From: a virus
DNA: 64,000 nt
Reading direction: 5' to 3' (one strand)
Virus record (IMG/VR): IMGVR_UViG_3300005340_000040
Coordinates: 3,863-67,862 of that record
Part shown: piece by piece, positions 62,546 through 64,000 of the stretch
Position numbering within the stretch: the first letter of the stretch is position 1
How the letters are laid out: each line of letters starts with the position of its first letter
Program-made: the position numbers and the translations under genes
Notes under the pieces: model-generated
What the model was told of the DNA's origin: nothing
The model's database searches: none
The model's input: only the letters and a program-made list of their open reading frames with translations

Positions 62546-63916
62546 TTGGCGCTCCACGTTTGCCGTGATTTCGCGGCGCAGCCATTCCTCGGCGGCCTCG
62601 GCGATCTCTGCCTCTACTACCTTGCGATGTTCACTCGGGTGTGCTTGGGTTACACCGTGGTCGGGCAGATCAGCTTCGACATTGACGGCAGCGATCTTCG
62701 GATCGCGCACGGCACCAGCGGCGCCCTGAACATGGGGCCCGGCGATGAGCGAATGTTCCAGCCCGATGGCCATGCTGTCTCTGCGGACGACGTCGGCAGG
62801 ATCCTCGTCCTACGTAGCCCCGCGAACGGGATGGTCAACTCTGGCCTCTTCAGGGTCATCGGAATCGACGTGGGCAGGAACATGCTCAACATCAACTACC
62901 GGTCGACCGACGTCCCACCCGCCGAGGTCGGAATGTCGTGGGGCCTCTACGCCAACGAGCTGACGTTCATCAACACCGTCAGCAACGACAACGGCGGGGG
63001 CACCGGGTACACTGGCTGGACGATCAACTCCCCACAGACACGTATCATCCTACGCAGCCCATCCCCCGTGGGATGGCAGGTCAGGTTGACCGTGGAGAAC
63101 GTGGATGATTACTTCACGAACGGGGGCCCGGTCACCGTGCTCGACACGGTCGCGCCAGGGTTCAACGGAGACTCCAACGGCGATTTCAGCCCCGGGGGTG
63201 ACCACCTCCACGGGGGGCTGTTCTTCAACCGCGCCAGCGACAAGTTCGCCGGCACGACGGTGGGCTGGACGGGGGGGCTGCCGCAGGGCGTTACGGCGGG
63301 TCGGATCTACATCTGGGGCAGCGATGTCACGGGCAACGTCGTGGCCGTGAGCCGCTGCACGTTCCCCGACACGTCGTCTGGAAATTCCTGGTGCATGTTC
63401 GGCATCCCAGACGACGAGGAGCAACCGCTACCGCCCCGCTCGATCCACCGGTTGTTCGTGATGGGCGCGAACGGTGTCGCGAACAACTCGCAGAACGGTA
63501 CGTACTGGGCATCAGGGCCGCAGCAGGACTTCGCTCGTGGGGGCGTGGCGTTCGGCCTCTGCAACCAGCCCATCAGCTGCCTCTTCAGCACGTACGGTTT
63601 CATCTTTGGGACGACGTCGACCACCAAGGTACGCAACGATCAAACCGCGGGCGACAACCCCTACCTGAACGCCACCGAGCTGGTCCCGGTCGACCTAGTG
63701 GCGGGCACCTACGACCAGATGCGCGACCATGCCGTGACGTCGAACGTCGGTTCGGAGTACCTCGTGTCCGAGGTCAGGCGGATGGGCCGCGCGCCCTTCG
63801 TGCGCCTCGGGCGGGCGAACTACGGGTACTTCCAGATCACGAACGACCAGACGCACTCCTGGCTCCACGTTTCCGACGGCATCTACCTACCCTGGAAGGG
63901 TTCATCGTTGCCGTGA
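62546..63916 (+). CDS. Putative virion protein, paralog family B
   Basis: Paralogous to 59341 ORF. Confidence 0.7.
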   Translation: MALHVCRDFAAQPFLGGLGDLCLYYLAMFTRVCLGYTVVGQISFDIDGSDLRIAHGTSGALNMGPGDERMFQPDGHAVSADDVGRILVLRSPANGMVNSGLFRVIGIDVGRNMLNINYRSTDVPPAEVGMSWGLYANELTFINTVSNDNGGGTGYTGWTINSPQTRIILRSPSPVGWQVRLTVENVDDYFTNGGPVTVLDTVAPGFNGDSNGDFSPGGDHLHGGLFFNRASDKFAGTTVGWTGGLPQGVTAGRIYIWGSDVTGNVVAVSRCTFPDTSSGNSWCMFGIPDDEEQPLPPRSIHRLFVMGANGVANNSQNGTYWASGPQQDFARGGVAFGLCNQPISCLFSTYGFIFGTTSTTKVRNDQTAGDNPYLNATELVPVDLVAGTYDQMRDHAVTSNVGSEYLVSEVRRMGRAPFVRLGRANYGYFQITNDQTHSWLHVSDGIYLPWKGSSLP

Positions 63917-63922
63917 GGTTCC

Positions 63923-64000
63923 ATGTCGTCGGTCGATAACCTGCACTCCAAGTTCCTACGATCGTTCTACGTGAGCCCCGCCCCGGTGGGTGGAGCCTCG
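63923..64000 (+). CDS. Start of next ORF (MSSVDNLHSKFLRSF...), possibly family A, truncated by window edge
   Basis: ATG after GAGG; LHSKFLR resembles LSAKFVR and LPIKYCK. Confidence 0.45.
   Translation, partial: MSSVDNLHSKFLRSFYVSPAPVGGAS

Noticed and set aside
1-64000. Genome-wide UGA reassignment (code 4/25)
   Set aside because: Recognisable genes are intact in code 11, and many end in TGA, often with NTGA overlaps onto the next start.

Overview
This window looks like part of a GC-rich jumbo myophage genome, with no host housekeeping genes. (1) 1-10.8 kb (+): a 31-tRNA array mixed with translation-repair and NAD-related genes (Pth2, two RNA ligase-like proteins, CX5R phosphatase, NADAR, SLOG, HNH, GH73-like hydrolase). 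(2) 10.8-27 kb (-): baseplate/virion module (gp6-, gp25-, gp5-like, LamG proteins) and a phage sigma factor. (3) 27-47.8 kb (-): a large glycosylation cluster (about 10 glycosyltransferases, UDP-sugar dehydrogenase, PseB/CapD-like dehydratase, DegT aminotransferase, GNAT, methyltransferase) interrupted by a PD-(D/E)XK nuclease, macrodomain, NadM-Nudix and a small Pth2-like operon. (4) 47.8-64 kb (mostly +): GroEL-like protein, DinG helicase, Hc1 histone-like protein, PIN-PhoH and alternating paralogous tail/fibre genes. The most striking signal is the operon at 30.6-32.3 kb. It carries an isolated tRNA with an 8-nt anticodon loop (AU-UUCA-AC, complementary to UGAA). Its leaderless uORF stops at UGA-A, and the +1 frame from that stop encodes an RGPP arrest-like motif lying on the anti-SD arm of a hairpin that hides the first gene's SD. 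This is a candidate natural quadruplet-decoding or UGA-sensing translational switch. All calls come from reading sequence and protein motifs by eye; no searches or folding programs were run.
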